Assembly (NCBI GenBank): GCA_011389745.1
Contig: JAABTQ010000008.1
Location: 61,497 to 125,496 of the forward strand
Length of the DNA: 64,000 bases
Origin: Desulfobacteraceae bacterium
GTDB lineage: Bacteria; Desulfobacterota; Desulfobacteria; Desulfobacterales; SKZT01
Direction: 5' to 3'
Below the pieces are notes generated by a model. That model searched no databases, was not told the DNA's origin, and saw nothing but the letters and a program-made list of their open reading frames with translations. Made by a program: the position numbers and the translations under genes. This document shows, piece after piece, positions 41,236 to 51,716 of the stretch. How positions within the stretch are numbered: the stretch's first letter is position 1; the number at the start of each line of letters is the position of its first letter.

Positions 41236-42603
41236 TTATTGTGTATCGAACGCTTTGACATCGTTTAACTTATCGGTAACATTATGCATGATCCAGTTGC
41301 TGTCCCACCACTCAATGGGATTGATCATGATGTTATGAATCATCATGCCGAAATGAAGATGATCGCCACCGGCAAGCCCCGTAGTCCCAGTTCGGCCTAT
41401 TGTTTCACCCTTGGCGACAATTTGCCCGACTTCCACATCGATTCCACTTAAATGGGAATACACGCTAATTAGTCCAAAGCCATGATCAATAACAACAGTT
41501 TTTCCATAGATACCGATATTGCCGGTAAAAAGAATCTTTCCCGCATTGGACGCAGGTATTGGGGATTTTTCAAGAGATGCCAAATCGATTCCCAAATGAA
41601 CCTGACGGTCAATAATCTCCCCATTGTACAGGTATTCCCTGTGATCAGCAAAACCAGCCCTCGTTGCTGAGTTGGGAAGCCTCAGAAAGGTACCTTCCCA
41701 ATACATTTTGGGTTCAGTCATAATCCCTATGGTCCTAAAAAATTGCTCATTTTCTTCTCTCATATTTCGGTTGACTATCAAAAATTTGTCCAACAAGGGG
41801 TTTGTGGAATTTTCAGGTGCTTGGATATTGAACTCAGGAATTTTCCAGCCAAGGAATTGATCGGACAACTTGATGGAATCTTCGACAAAATTTTTTTTTC
41901 TTATGTGGTGGTAAAATCCTGCTCTGGTAATATTGCCTGCCTGATCCATGGACTCTAACAATATCTTGGTTCCGGGTCCGTGGGTATAATCTAAAGCAAA
42001 AAATGCCAAATGGATAGATTGGTCTTTAAAGTATCCCGAATAGCCTGGAAAAAAATTGTCTCCCACCACGACTCCATTTTTGGGACAAGGTTCGGACAGA
42101 CGGTAAACGACAAGCCCTGATCCTCCCTGATTAACATTATGGGCCTTGGTAAGTATTTCAATATCCGGTGGCTTGGAATCAATAAGCAGATTTTTTTCTA
42201 TATGGGTTTTGTTACCATGCCACCAGTTGCGCCATGAATAATCCCAGACCGTTAATTCAAAAACAGCCACTCCGTCTGATATAGCCAGTTTATCTAAATC
42301 AACTGGAATATCAATGGATGTCTCTCGAAATTTTCCACCTGCCGGAAATCCCTCTTTTTCAAAGTTTTCTTCCAACAAGTTCAATTGTTTCCCATCTTTT
42401 AAAAGGAGGGAACGTACCTTTCGAAGGCCGCTACGTTTGTCTGAAATGGTAAAAGTAAAAGTCTGCGATTTTCCAATAAATTCAGGCATATTTTCAGAAA
42501 TAACAGGCTTTTCACCCTCCATTTTTACTACCAAAATCCATCCGGCCGAAATAATGATAAATACCGTTATTATGGCAAACAACCACCATTTTGTCTTTTT
42601 CAT
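41236..42603 (-). CDS. M23-family metallopeptidase (membrane-anchored)
   Basis: C-terminal HLGIDLA...GRTGTTGLAGGDHLHFG (HxxxD/HxH). ATG 42603 (MKKTKWWLF, TM anchor) is preferred. Confidence 0.8.
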   Translation of the reverse strand: MKKTKWWLFAIITVFIIISAGWILVVKMEGEKPVISENMPEFIGKSQTFTFTISDKRSGLRKVRSLLLKDGKQLNLLEENFEKEGFPAGGKFRETSIDIPVDLDKLAISDGVAVFELTVWDYSWRNWWHGNKTHIEKNLLIDSKPPDIEILTKAHNVNQGGSGLVVYRLSEPCPKNGVVVGDNFFPGYSGYFKDQSIHLAFFALDYTHGPGTKILLESMDQAGNITRAGFYHHIRKKNFVEDSIKLSDQFLGWKIPEFNIQAPENSTNPLLDKFLIVNRNMREENEQFFRTIGIMTEPKMYWEGTFLRLPNSATRAGFADHREYLYNGEIIDRQVHLGIDLASLEKSPIPASNAGKILFTGNIGIYGKTVVIDHGFGLISVYSHLSGIDVEVGQIVAKGETIGRTGTTGLAGGDHLHFGMMIHNIMINPIEWWDSNWIMHNVTDKLNDVKAFDTQ

Positions 42604-42703
42604 GATAACTTTTAATACCTTACGTTTAATTTTCGGTTTAAATTTTAATGGTCTTGACAATAACAGCAAATAAAAGCGTAATCAAGACTAACTTTTTCGT
42701 TTC

Positions 42704-42732
42704 TTGACTTTTCGTTTAGGCCACTGTAAATT
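42704..42732 (+). promoter_or_regulatory. Putative sigma70 promoter upstream of the kdsA-lpt-rpoN cluster
   Basis: TTGACT (42704-42709), 17 nt, TAAATT (42727-42732). Confidence 0.3.
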
Positions 42733-42907
42733 GATTATTAAAGCTGGAAAGAAGAATGACTCAGTGCTGAAAAGTGCCAAATCGGGATATGGAATATCAA
42801 TTGCTGAATACCGAGGGGCTCAAACACGTGTAGTATTTATAACTTACTTCTAGTTTATTTTACTGAAATTAGAAACAAATAAAATAGTTATTTATGGTTC
42901 AATTAAC

Positions 42908-43738
42908 ATGAACAGACAGGTTCGGGTAGGCAATGTCGGCATCGGGTCAGGTAATCCTTTGGTGTTAATATCAGGGCCGTGCGTGATTGAAAGCGAGAAG
43001 GCCGCCATGGAAACCGCCGAGTTTCTGAAAAAAATAACTGAAAGGTTAGACATTCCTTTTATTTTTAAATCATCTTATGATAAGGCCAATCGGACTTCCA
43101 TCAATTCTTTTCGAGGCCCGGGAATTAAGGAAGGGTTGAGAATCCTGTCAAAAATTAAAGAGGAATTGGGTATTCCCATACTTTCGGATGTTCACAGGTT
43201 TTCAGAAATCGAAGCTGCTGAGCAGGTATTGGATGTCATTCAAATCCCGGCATTTTTATGCAGGCAAACCGATTTTATCCTTGAGGTTGCAAGGACCGGA
43301 AAGCCTGTCAATATTAAAAAGGGACAGTTTTTAGCCCCATGGGACATTTCCCAGGTTGTTGAAAAGGTTCTTTCCACCGGATGCAACCGGATATTGATCA
43401 CGGAGCGAGGCACAATGTTTGGATATAACAACCTGGTGGTGGATTTCAGAGGGATTCAGATTATGCAACAGACCGGATGGCCGGTTATTTTCGACGCCAC
43501 CCACAGCGTACAGATTCCGGGAGGAAAAGGAAGCAGTTCCGATGGCAACCGCGAGTATGCACCAGTGCTGGCAAAAGCCTCGGTGGCGGCAGGCGTGGAC
43601 GGCGTTTTCATGGAAGTGCATAAAGATCCGGACAAAGCCCTTTGTGACGGGCCCAATTCACTCAGGCTCGATATGCTTCAGGATTTATTAATTAATCTGA
43701 AAAAGATTAGAATGGCTATTTCAAAAGATGTTTCATAG
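42908..43738 (+). CDS. kdsA: 3-deoxy-8-phosphooctulonate (KDO-8-P) synthase
   Basis: 276 aa with typical KdsA motifs: FIFKSSYDKANR, IPAFLCRQTD, DATHSVQ. Confidence 0.9.
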   Translation: MNRQVRVGNVGIGSGNPLVLISGPCVIESEKAAMETAEFLKKITERLDIPFIFKSSYDKANRTSINSFRGPGIKEGLRILSKIKEELGIPILSDVHRFSEIEAAEQVLDVIQIPAFLCRQTDFILEVARTGKPVNIKKGQFLAPWDISQVVEKVLSTGCNRILITERGTMFGYNNLVVDFRGIQIMQQTGWPVIFDATHSVQIPGGKGSSSDGNREYAPVLAKASVAAGVDGVFMEVHKDPDKALCDGPNSLRLDMLQDLLINLKKIRMAISKDVS

Positions 43739-43744
43739 GTCTCG

Positions 43745-44266
43745 ATGACAATCAATGATAAGAAGTGCAAAAATATCAAAATGGTGCTTTTAGATGTGGA
43801 TGGTGTTTTAACTGACGGTGGCATTATCTATAACGAAAGCGGAAAAGAAATTAAGATGTTTAATGTCAGGGACGGCCTCGGAATTCGCCTTTTAATGAAA
43901 GCCGGTATTCAGGTGGGAATTGTAACCGGAAGAAGTTCCGAAGCCCTTAGGTATCGATGTCAAAATCTGGGAATTACCCTTATTTATGAAGGGGTTCGGG
44001 ACAAAGGAGTTCTCCTGAATGAGATTGTTGAAATAACGGGATTTCATTCCGATGAAATAGCTTTTATGGGTGATGACCTTCCGGACCTGCCTATCATGCG
44101 AAAGGTGGGATTTTCCATAGCTGTAGCAGATGCTCATGAGAGTGTCATGGAAGAGGCCGATATGGTTACTCACGCAAATGGGGGGGCAGGCGCCGTAAGA
44201 GAGGTTTGTGAAAAGATCCTTAAGTCTCAGGGGCACTGGAAAAAACTTATGGAGCAGCTCTTTTAA
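43745..44266 (+). CDS. kdsC: KDO-8-phosphate phosphatase (HAD-IIIA)
   Basis: LLDVDGVLTDG...GDDLPD. Confidence 0.85.
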   Translation: MTINDKKCKNIKMVLLDVDGVLTDGGIIYNESGKEIKMFNVRDGLGIRLLMKAGIQVGIVTGRSSEALRYRCQNLGITLIYEGVRDKGVLLNEIVEITGFHSDEIAFMGDDLPDLPIMRKVGFSIAVADAHESVMEEADMVTHANGGAGAVREVCEKILKSQGHWKKLMEQLF

Positions 44267-44294
44267 TGTTTTTGGATAATTCAAGGCAAATGCG

Positions 44295-44861
44295 GTGAAT
44301 CGAAGAAAATGGACCCTGATATTGGCCGGTGTTATTTTACTGGTAGTTGCGGGTATCTCGGCTGTCTTTATCAATTATCGAAAAATGTTTAGTCGAGGGG
44401 AAGCTCAGTTAGCACAACTTTCCGAAGACGTCAGCATTTCAATAGGAACTGTTCACCACACGGCTACGCGGGATGGGGTTACCGAATGGCAAGTTGATGC
44501 CGAAAGTGCCGAGTATATTCCGGAAAGACAGGAGGTTCTTTTTAAGGACCTGAGTGCCGTTTTTTTTGTGGAAAAAGATCGAAAAGTGACTCTCGTCGCG
44601 GATCAGGGAATATTAAAAAAAGAAACAAATGACATTGAAGTGAGCGGTAATGTTTTGGTAATAGATGATAGGTTTCAATTAAAAACCAGTCAGCTTGTCT
44701 ATGAACATCAAAACCGTGTCATGAGCAGTTCGGCTCATGTTGAGGTGAAGTCAGATTCATGGGACCTGGAGGCGGATTCAATGAGGCTTGATCTTAATAC
44801 ACGGAAAACAAGGTTTGAAGGAAAGGTGAAGGGGATATTCAGTGAAATGTTTTCGCTATAA
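44295..44861 (+). CDS. lptC: LPS export system protein LptC
   Basis: N-terminal TM anchor plus a beta-jellyroll-like region, positioned between kdsC and lptA. Confidence 0.7.
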   Translation: MNRRKWTLILAGVILLVVAGISAVFINYRKMFSRGEAQLAQLSEDVSISIGTVHHTATRDGVTEWQVDAESAEYIPERQEVLFKDLSAVFFVEKDRKVTLVADQGILKKETNDIEVSGNVLVIDDRFQLKTSQLVYEHQNRVMSSSAHVEVKSDSWDLEADSMRLDLNTRKTRFEGKVKGIFSEMFSL

Positions 44862-45414
44862 TTGTTTATATGCTTTTCAGGCTGCAATTTTGGTTTTTTT
44901 ACTGACGATCAGTATCATAAATTTTCCGAACACTGGGATGGCACAGGATGCCCAAAATAAATATGCCGACCAAAAAGCGATTCGCATCACTTCGGACTTA
45001 TTGACAACGGACAACGAAAACGGTTTTGTGGAATTTTCCGGAAATGTCCGGGCAACACAAGGCACCACGGTGATTGTCAGTGACCGTTTGAAAATATTTT
45101 ATAAAGAGGATGCTGACAGCGCTCAAAAAATTTCCGGAGGTTCCGGGGCTGTAGAAAAAATTGTTGCAAACGGCAATGTAAAAATTGATTTTGACGATAA
45201 ACAGGCTGTTTCCAATGAAGCAGAATATTTGACCGAAACCCAAATACTGGTGCTTTCGGGGCCTGATTCAAAAGTGACTACCGCAAATAATGAATCCATA
45301 TCAGGTGCAAAAATTACTTTATATCGATCTGATGGGCGGATAAAGGTGGAAGGTGGTAACGGGAAGCGGGTCGAGGCTGTTTTTTACGATACGGGCCAAA
45401 CAAGCACTAATTAA
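44842..45414 (+). CDS. lptA: LPS transport periplasmic protein LptA (OstA_N)
   Basis: Signal peptide plus the OstA-like pattern (I.SD.L.....N...F.GNV). Its position fits lptA. Confidence 0.75.
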   Translation: MKCFRYNCLYAFQAAILVFLLTISIINFPNTGMAQDAQNKYADQKAIRITSDLLTTDNENGFVEFSGNVRATQGTTVIVSDRLKIFYKEDADSAQKISGGSGAVEKIVANGNVKIDFDDKQAVSNEAEYLTETQILVLSGPDSKVTTANNESISGAKITLYRSDGRIKVEGGNGKRVEAVFYDTGQTSTN

Positions 45415-45465
45415 TGTTTATCGCAAGTATGAAAAAACTAATTGAATTGTTTACTCTTGAGGCTG

Positions 45466-46188
45466 ATGGCAACATTAATTTTGAAGAATTTGGCGAAAAT
45501 TTATAATGATCGAAAGGTTGTACAATCAATATCCCTTGGACTGGAAAGCGGGGCGGTTGTAGGATTGTTAGGGCCTAACGGAGCCGGTAAAAGCACTACA
45601 TTTTACATGACTGTCGGGATTGTAAAACCTGATGGGGGACAGGTATTTCTCGATAATGAAAACGTCACGGATTATCCCATGTATTTGAGGGCAAAGAAGG
45701 GAATCGGTTATTTGCCCCAGGAAGCTTCAATTTTTAAAAAACTTTCCGTCAAAGATAATGTTATGGTGGTGTTGGAGCTTTTAAACATAGAAAAACAGAA
45801 GCAGTACAATGTTACCAAAAGGTTGCTGACAGAGTTGGGAATCGGTCATCTGTCCGAACAGATGGCCAGTTTGCTTTCAGGTGGTGAAAGACGTCGGTTG
45901 GAAATTGCGAGATCTCTGGCCACCAATCCATCTTTTATGCTTTTGGATGAACCTTTTGCGGGAATAGATCCGCTGGCGATCGTCGATATCAAAAATATTA
46001 TTGGTCATCTGAAAAGAAGAGGTATAGGTGTGCTAATTTCCGACCACAATGTCCGCGAAACATTAGGAGTATGTGACCAGGCATATATTTTGAATAACGG
46101 AGAGGTTATCGAGTCCGGTACACCCGGAAAGATAGCGTCCAGTGAAACAGCACGCAGGTTTTATTTGGGAAAAGAGTTCAGGTTATAA
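45466..46188 (+). CDS. lptB: LPS export ABC transporter ATP-binding protein LptB
   Basis: GPNGAGKST, LSGGERRR, LLDEPFAGIDP. ATG 45466 (MATLILKNL) is preferred over TTG 45442. Confidence 0.9.
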   Translation: MATLILKNLAKIYNDRKVVQSISLGLESGAVVGLLGPNGAGKSTTFYMTVGIVKPDGGQVFLDNENVTDYPMYLRAKKGIGYLPQEASIFKKLSVKDNVMVVLELLNIEKQKQYNVTKRLLTELGIGHLSEQMASLLSGGERRRLEIARSLATNPSFMLLDEPFAGIDPLAIVDIKNIIGHLKRRGIGVLISDHNVRETLGVCDQAYILNNGEVIESGTPGKIASSETARRFYLGKEFRL

Positions 46189-46189
46189 A

Positions 46190-47629
46190 ATGGCATTAGA
46201 ATTACGGTTACAACAAAAATTAACACAGCAGTTGATCATGACTCCCCAACTGCAAATGGCTATTAAGCTTCTGCAGCTTTCGAGGCTCGAACTTGTGGAT
46301 GCCATCCGCCAGGAACTCGATGAAAACCCGACATTGGAAGAGGTCGTTGATGTTTCACTTGACGATCACCCTGACCAGGCCGAAGCGATAATCGATGAGG
46401 TTCCCCAAGCCAAAGAGTTAACCATTGAAGAAAAGATAAAAGATGATGTGGACTGGAGCAATTATATCGATGAATACAATACTCCGGGACGAACCAGTTA
46501 TGAAAGCGAAGACAAAGATACGCCGAGGTTTGAATCCTTTATTGCCCACAAAAAATCTCTTGGCGAACACCTTCTGTGGCAGGTGATGATGTGTTTTGCC
46601 GATGAGAAAGAAAAAAAAATCGGTTCCTTAATTGTAGGTTCCATAAATGCAGATGGTTATCTCGATATTGCTTTTGAAGAACTGGTGCGCATGTGTGATG
46701 CATCACACCATGAAGTCGAAAAAGTTTTAACCACTATTCAGCAGACATTTGATCCTATAGGAATATCCGCCAGAGATTTAAAAGAATGCCTTTTAATTCA
46801 AGCCAGGTATTTGGGACTTGATAATACTCTTGTTTTCAGTATTATTCAGCATCACCTTAATAATCTGGAAAATAAAAACTATAAAGCCATTTGCCGGGCA
46901 TTAAAAGTCAGTATTGAAAGTGTCATAGTCGCTGTCAATGTCATCAAAGGGCTTGAACCTAAACCCGGGAGACAGTTTTCTGACGAACCTCCTCAGTATA
47001 TTATACCGGACATTTATGTATATGAATTTGAGGATGATTTTGTTATTGTGCTAAATGATGATGGCATGCCCAAGCTTCGGGTAAATTCTTATTATAAAAT
47101 TGCTATCAACAATAAAAAAAAGGATAAAATTTCAGACAATGCCAAAGATTATATCCAAGACAAAATGCGGTCCGCAGCATGGTTAATCCGGAGTATTCAC
47201 CAGCGACAAAGAACCATTTATAAAGTCATGGAAAGCATCATGAAGCATCAGCGGGAATTTTTTAAAAAGGGCATTGCCTATTTAAAACCTATGGTGTTGC
47301 GAGATGTGGCCCAGGATATTGAGATGCACGAGTCAACAATCAGCAGAGTAACCACCAATAAATATGCTTATACTCCCCAAGGCATTTTTGAACTGAAATA
47401 TTTTTTTAATAGTTCCATTAGCCGGGTTCATGGTGGAGCCATTGCGTCTGCAAGTGTTCAGGATAAAATGAGACAGATTGTCGAAAACGAAGATCCCAAA
47501 AAACCCTATAGTGATGATAAAATTGCAGAAATACTAGAAAAATCCAATATCAATATTGCACGCAGGACCGTAGCCAAGTATCGTGAGATGTTGAAGATTC
47601 TTCCTTCTCATAAACGAAAACAATTTTAG
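46190..47629 (+). CDS. rpoN: RNA polymerase sigma-54 factor
   Basis: MALELRLQQKLTQQLIMTPQLQMAIKLLQLS N-terminus and a C-terminal RpoN box ARRTVAKYR. ATG 46190 is 1 nt after the lptB stop. Confidence 0.95.
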   Translation: MALELRLQQKLTQQLIMTPQLQMAIKLLQLSRLELVDAIRQELDENPTLEEVVDVSLDDHPDQAEAIIDEVPQAKELTIEEKIKDDVDWSNYIDEYNTPGRTSYESEDKDTPRFESFIAHKKSLGEHLLWQVMMCFADEKEKKIGSLIVGSINADGYLDIAFEELVRMCDASHHEVEKVLTTIQQTFDPIGISARDLKECLLIQARYLGLDNTLVFSIIQHHLNNLENKNYKAICRALKVSIESVIVAVNVIKGLEPKPGRQFSDEPPQYIIPDIYVYEFEDDFVIVLNDDGMPKLRVNSYYKIAINNKKKDKISDNAKDYIQDKMRSAAWLIRSIHQRQRTIYKVMESIMKHQREFFKKGIAYLKPMVLRDVAQDIEMHESTISRVTTNKYAYTPQGIFELKYFFNSSISRVHGGAIASASVQDKMRQIVENEDPKKPYSDDKIAEILEKSNINIARRTVAKYREMLKILPSHKRKQF

Positions 47630-47642
47630 GGAGGTAGCGGAT

Positions 47643-48167
47643 ATGCATACTTCAGTGACATTTAAAAATATTGACCCCTCCGACAACCTTAGAGCTTATG
47701 TGGAAGACAAGCTTGATCGTTTTGATCGTTTTTTAGACAGCCCTGCGGAAGCGAATGTGGTTCTCTCGGTTGAAAAATTTCGACATATCGCTGAAATCAA
47801 TATTATAGGCAGAAAGCTCAATATCGTCGGCAAGGAAGAGACTAACGATATGTACTCCGCCATTGATATGGTATTGGATAAAATCGGCAAACAACTTAAA
47901 AAAAATAAAGAAAAAATCAGAGATCGACGTGGCGGTGCAAAAATTGGTGAGTTTACCGCGGAAAATTTAAACCTTGAAGAAGCCGGACGAAAACAAGTTC
48001 TGATTAAAAACATTGAATACAAACCTATGGATGTGGATGAAGCCATCATGCAGATGGATTTGGTCACCGATAATTTTTTGGTTTTTTCCAATGCAAAAAC
48101 CGATCAGATTAATGTACTTTACCGTCGTAAAGATGGAAACTTGGGGCTGATTCAGCCAAATAGCTAA
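47643..48167 (+). CDS. hpf: Ribosome hibernation promoting factor (long form)
   Basis: S30AE N-domain plus a C-terminal dimerisation domain (KPMDVDEAIMQMDL..DNFLVF.N..TDQINVLYRRKDGNLGLIQP). Confidence 0.85.
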   Translation: MHTSVTFKNIDPSDNLRAYVEDKLDRFDRFLDSPAEANVVLSVEKFRHIAEINIIGRKLNIVGKEETNDMYSAIDMVLDKIGKQLKKNKEKIRDRRGGAKIGEFTAENLNLEEAGRKQVLIKNIEYKPMDVDEAIMQMDLVTDNFLVFSNAKTDQINVLYRRKDGNLGLIQPNS

Positions 48168-48179
48168 TCTTTGAACTTT

Positions 48180-48220
48180 TAGGGATTGTGTTTTTGCTGT
48201 ACAATCCCTAGTTTTATTTC
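48180..48220 (+). terminator. Rho-independent terminator after hpf
   Basis: TAGGGATTGT-loop-ACAATCCCTA followed by GTTTTATTT. Confidence 0.5.
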
Positions 48221-48327
48221 TGATATATGTCTAAATAATTGCAGATTTATTAGCAAAAAAGGTGAAAAAGATTGCACCATAAATCTAAGTCTGCAAAAAT
48301 GTCTTTGTAGAAAATTGTGAATAGGCG

Positions 48328-48786
48328 ATGAAAATAACAGAAGTATTGCATAAAGAAGCTATATTGGTTGATTTAAAAGCCAACGATAAAAAAGGGGTGT
48401 TAGAAGAGTTATCCAAACCCGTATCGCAGATTGCCGGAATAAAACAACAAGATCTTGTAAGAGTGCTTTTGGAAAGGGAGCAACTGGGAAGCACGGGTAT
48501 TGGTGGCGGTATTGGAATTCCTCATGGGAAGCTAAAAAATCTGGATAACCTGGTGCTTGGTTTTGGGCTCAGCCGCAAAGGAATCGATTTCGACTCCATG
48601 GATAGACGTCCTACACATATCTTTTTCTTGCTTGTTACACCTGAAAATTCAACCGGACTTCACCTGAAAGTTTTGGCCAGAATTTCAAGGCTTCTAAAAA
48701 ATGATGATTTCAAGGAAAAGCTTTTACAAATTTCAGATGCCGAAGAATTTTTGAATGAAATCGAGCAGGTAGATTATGAATTTTAA
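48328..48786 (+). CDS. ptsN: PTS IIA-Ntr (nitrogen regulatory EIIA)
   Basis: 152-aa PTS_EIIA_2 pattern with GIGIPHG (phospho-His). Sits in the rpoN operon context. Confidence 0.8.
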   Translation: MKITEVLHKEAILVDLKANDKKGVLEELSKPVSQIAGIKQQDLVRVLLEREQLGSTGIGGGIGIPHGKLKNLDNLVLGFGLSRKGIDFDSMDRRPTHIFFLLVTPENSTGLHLKVLARISRLLKNDDFKEKLLQISDAEEFLNEIEQVDYEF

Positions 48787-48820
48787 CGGTTATATAGATA
48801 ACACATAGGATTTTTTTCAT

Positions 48821-49240
48821 ATGATTGGTATTGTTATAGTTACCCACAGTCACTTGGGAGATGCATTAATCGAAGCTGCGGAATTTATTCTCGGAGATAA
48901 GCCCGAGGCTACGGTTGCGGTTTCCATTGATTTAAAAATCAACGCGGAAATATTGCGCAAAAAAATCAGTGACGGCGTAAAATCCGTTAATCTCTCTAAA
49001 AAAGGTGTTATTATCATGACGGACATGTTTGGTGGAACACCTTCCAATCTTAGCTATTCGTTTTTGGAAGAAGGACGTATCGAGGTTATTTCAGGTGTAA
49101 ATCTTCCAATTTTGATCAAGGCTGCCAACAGCAGAAAAAAAATGGGACTGATCGAACTGGCTGAATGCCTTGAAACATATGGCAAACGAAGTATTTCGCG
49201 TGGAAGCGCAATCTTGAAAGGTACTAAAAGAAGTGAGTAG
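48821..49240 (+). CDS. PTS mannose-family EIIA component
   Basis: MIGIVIVTHSHLGDAL (EIIA-man active-site His) ...MTDMFGGTP. Confidence 0.75.
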   Translation: MIGIVIVTHSHLGDALIEAAEFILGDKPEATVAVSIDLKINAEILRKKISDGVKSVNLSKKGVIIMTDMFGGTPSNLSYSFLEEGRIEVISGVNLPILIKAANSRKKMGLIELAECLETYGKRSISRGSAILKGTKRSE

Positions 49241-49323
49241 AAAATAATACTGAAAGATCAGTTGATGGATAATTTCATCATTCTGACTTAATCCTGTGGA
49301 CACAACATTCCTGGAGAAATTTC

Positions 49324-50328
49324 ATGGCTATTAAATTAGGAATCAATGGTTTCGGAAGAATCGGAAGATTGGCTTTCAGGGCATCCCTGGAATCAAACAA
49401 TATTGAAGTGGTCGCCATCAATGATCTGACCGATGCTGCTACTATGGCTCACCTGCTGGCATACGATTCTGTGCACGGAAGACTCGGCCGTGAGGTCGCA
49501 GTAGGGCAGGGCAATATTTCAGTGGATGGTCATTCTGTCGCTGTCACCTCTGTTAGGGACCCTGAAAAAATTCAATGGGGGGATATGGGCGTGGACATCG
49601 TACTGGAATGTACAGGGTTGTTTCGTGACCATGAAAGTGCTTCGAAACACCTTTCGGCGGGCGCACGTAAGGTGATCATTTCAGCTCCGGCAAAAGATCC
49701 GGATGCAACAATTGTCATGGGTGTGAACGAAAATCGCTATGACCCTAAGAGTCATCATATCATCTCCAATGCCTCATGCACCACCAACTGCCTGGCACCG
49801 GTCGCTAAAGTGTTGCTGGAAAATTTCGGTATTAAGTGCGGACTCATGACCACAATTCACTCTTATACCGGAGATCAGCGCCTGGTGGATTTTCCGCATA
49901 AGGATCTTCGAAGAGCAAGAGCGGCGGCCATGTCAATGATACCCACTACGACAGGAGCAGCCGCAGCTGTTGGATTGGTCATTCCCGAGCTCAGTGGAAA
50001 ACTTAATGGACTTGCTGTCCGGGTCCCGACCCCCAATGTGTCACTGGTGGATCTTGTCGTTACGGTTGAGAAGTCCGGGGTTACTGTTTCGGATGTAAAT
50101 GATGCCTTCAAAAAAGCATCAGAAAATTTGATGCCCGGGATTTTGGACCTTTGTGAAGCCCCTCTTGTATCAATTGATTTCAATGGATCTTCTTTTTCAT
50201 CGATTGTGGATGGATCTGTTACCTATGTGGTCGATAATATGGTTAAAGTGCTCGCCTGGTATGACAATGAAGCAGGATATTCTCATCGGATGTTAGATCT
50301 GGCGGCAATGATCGGGGCAAGATTTTAA
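49324..50328 (+). CDS. gap: Type I glyceraldehyde-3-phosphate dehydrogenase
   Basis: INGFGRIGR and the active site SNASCTTNCLAP. Confidence 0.9.
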   Translation: MAIKLGINGFGRIGRLAFRASLESNNIEVVAINDLTDAATMAHLLAYDSVHGRLGREVAVGQGNISVDGHSVAVTSVRDPEKIQWGDMGVDIVLECTGLFRDHESASKHLSAGARKVIISAPAKDPDATIVMGVNENRYDPKSHHIISNASCTTNCLAPVAKVLLENFGIKCGLMTTIHSYTGDQRLVDFPHKDLRRARAAAMSMIPTTTGAAAAVGLVIPELSGKLNGLAVRVPTPNVSLVDLVVTVEKSGVTVSDVNDAFKKASENLMPGILDLCEAPLVSIDFNGSSFSSIVDGSVTYVVDNMVKVLAWYDNEAGYSHRMLDLAAMIGARF

Positions 50329-50359
50329 GCATCAGACAAATTAGCTTCAGGAGATATGA

Positions 50360-51115
50360 ATGACAAAACGTAAGCCTCTTATCGCAGGTAATTGGAAAAT
50401 GTATAAAAACATTCCCGAAGCGGTCGGGACTGCCAGGGAAATGGTTAAACTTCTCAAAGAGCCGCCGAATGCCGAGGTGATGATTGCACCCGGCTGTGTG
50501 CTTTTGAATGCAGTCATGCGTGAGATTGAAAAAAGTTGTATTTCCCTGGGAGCACAAGATCTTTTCTGGGAAAAAGAAGGAGCTTATACCGGTGCAATTT
50601 CCGCGTCAATGCTTGTTTCAGCGGGCTGCAAATATGTGATCATCGGGCATTCGGAACGACGCCAATATTTTGCCGAAACCGACAGGAATGTTAATTTGAA
50701 AATTCGTGCCGCCATAGACAGTGGATTGGTCCCGATACTCTGTGTGGGAGAAACCGAAATTCAAAGAGAATCTGAAGAAACATTTTCAATACTTGACAAA
50801 CAGATCCAAATGGGGTTAAAAGATTTCTCTTGTGATGAGCTTGATAAACTTGTGGTGGCATATGAACCCATTTGGGCTATCGGAACGGGAAAGACAGCCA
50901 CAAGCCGCCAGGCGCAGGATGTCCACGAGTATTTAAGGAATGCTCTTGAGAATACTTTTGGGAATTCACTTGCTAAAAACATCCGAATACTGTATGGGGG
51001 GAGCGTCAAACCGGAAAACATTGCCGAATTGATGGCCATGCCCGATGTTGATGGCGCACTGGTGGGCGGCGCCAGTTTAAACGCGGATACTTTTATACGA
51101 ATTGTATCCTTTTGA
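50360..51115 (+). CDS. tpiA: Triose-phosphate isomerase
   Basis: AGNWKM, IGHSERR, AYEPIWAIGTG. Confidence 0.9.
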   Translation: MTKRKPLIAGNWKMYKNIPEAVGTAREMVKLLKEPPNAEVMIAPGCVLLNAVMREIEKSCISLGAQDLFWEKEGAYTGAISASMLVSAGCKYVIIGHSERRQYFAETDRNVNLKIRAAIDSGLVPILCVGETEIQRESEETFSILDKQIQMGLKDFSCDELDKLVVAYEPIWAIGTGKTATSRQAQDVHEYLRNALENTFGNSLAKNIRILYGGSVKPENIAELMAMPDVDGALVGGASLNADTFIRIVSF

Positions 51116-51142
51116 TATTTTTACCAGAGTAGAAAAAACAAA

Positions 51143-51526
51143 ATGGAAACTGCTTTAATTGTACTTCATGTTGTTGTATGCATTGCTTTGATCATGATTG
51201 TCCTGCTTCAAACCGGAAAAGGTGCGGACATGGGAGCAGCCTTCGGAGGCGGATCCAGCCAAACACTTTTTGGAAGTTCGGGGGCTTCGACATTTTTGAC
51301 TAAAGCGACAACTTTCGCGGCGGTGATTTTTATGCTGACATCGCTGACACTGGCTTACAGGGCAAGTCACCGGGCCTCTGATTCCATTATACAGGACACA
51401 AGACCGCCAATGGAACAACCGGTGGTACCTACGACTCCTGCTCCGACCCCTGAAAATTCAACTCAGCCTGAAAGTTCACAACCCACGGAAAAAACCGGTG
51501 GAAGCCAGGAATTACCTGAAGAGTAA
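51143..51526 (+). CDS. secG: Preprotein translocase subunit SecG
   Basis: 127 aa with an LLQTGKGADMGAAFGGGSSQTLFGS motif and two TM helices. Has a Pro/Thr-rich tail. Confidence 0.8.
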   Translation: METALIVLHVVVCIALIMIVLLQTGKGADMGAAFGGGSSQTLFGSSGASTFLTKATTFAAVIFMLTSLTLAYRASHRASDSIIQDTRPPMEQPVVPTTPAPTPENSTQPESSQPTEKTGGSQELPEE

Positions 51527-51544
51527 TATTAAATGCCAATATGT

Positions 51545-51629
51545 GCCGAAGTGGTGGAACAGGTAGACACGCTATCTTGAGGGGGTAGTGGGGAGACCCG
51601 TGCCGGTTCAAGTCCGGCCTTCGGCACCA
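51545..51629 (+). tRNA. tRNA-Leu (anticodon GAG), CCA encoded
   Basis: Hand-folded: acceptor GCCGAAG/CTTCGGC, anticodon stem CTATC/GGTAG with loop TTGAGGG, a long variable arm, and T-arm CCGGTTCAAGTCCGG. Close to the E. coli tRNA-Leu(GAG) layout. Confidence 0.85.
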
Positions 51630-51638
51630 TCCAAAGAT

Positions 51639-51677
51639 AACAGGCTGTAATCGTTAAGGTTACAGCCTGTTTGTTTT
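51639..51677 (+). terminator. Rho-independent terminator after tRNA-Leu
   Basis: AACAGGCTGTAA-TCGTTAAGG-TTACAGCCTGTT (12-bp stem) followed by TGTTTT. Confidence 0.65.
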
Positions 51678-51716
51678 GGCAGGGTGCGGATGGTTGCGCA
51701 GCGTCAAGCTGATTAT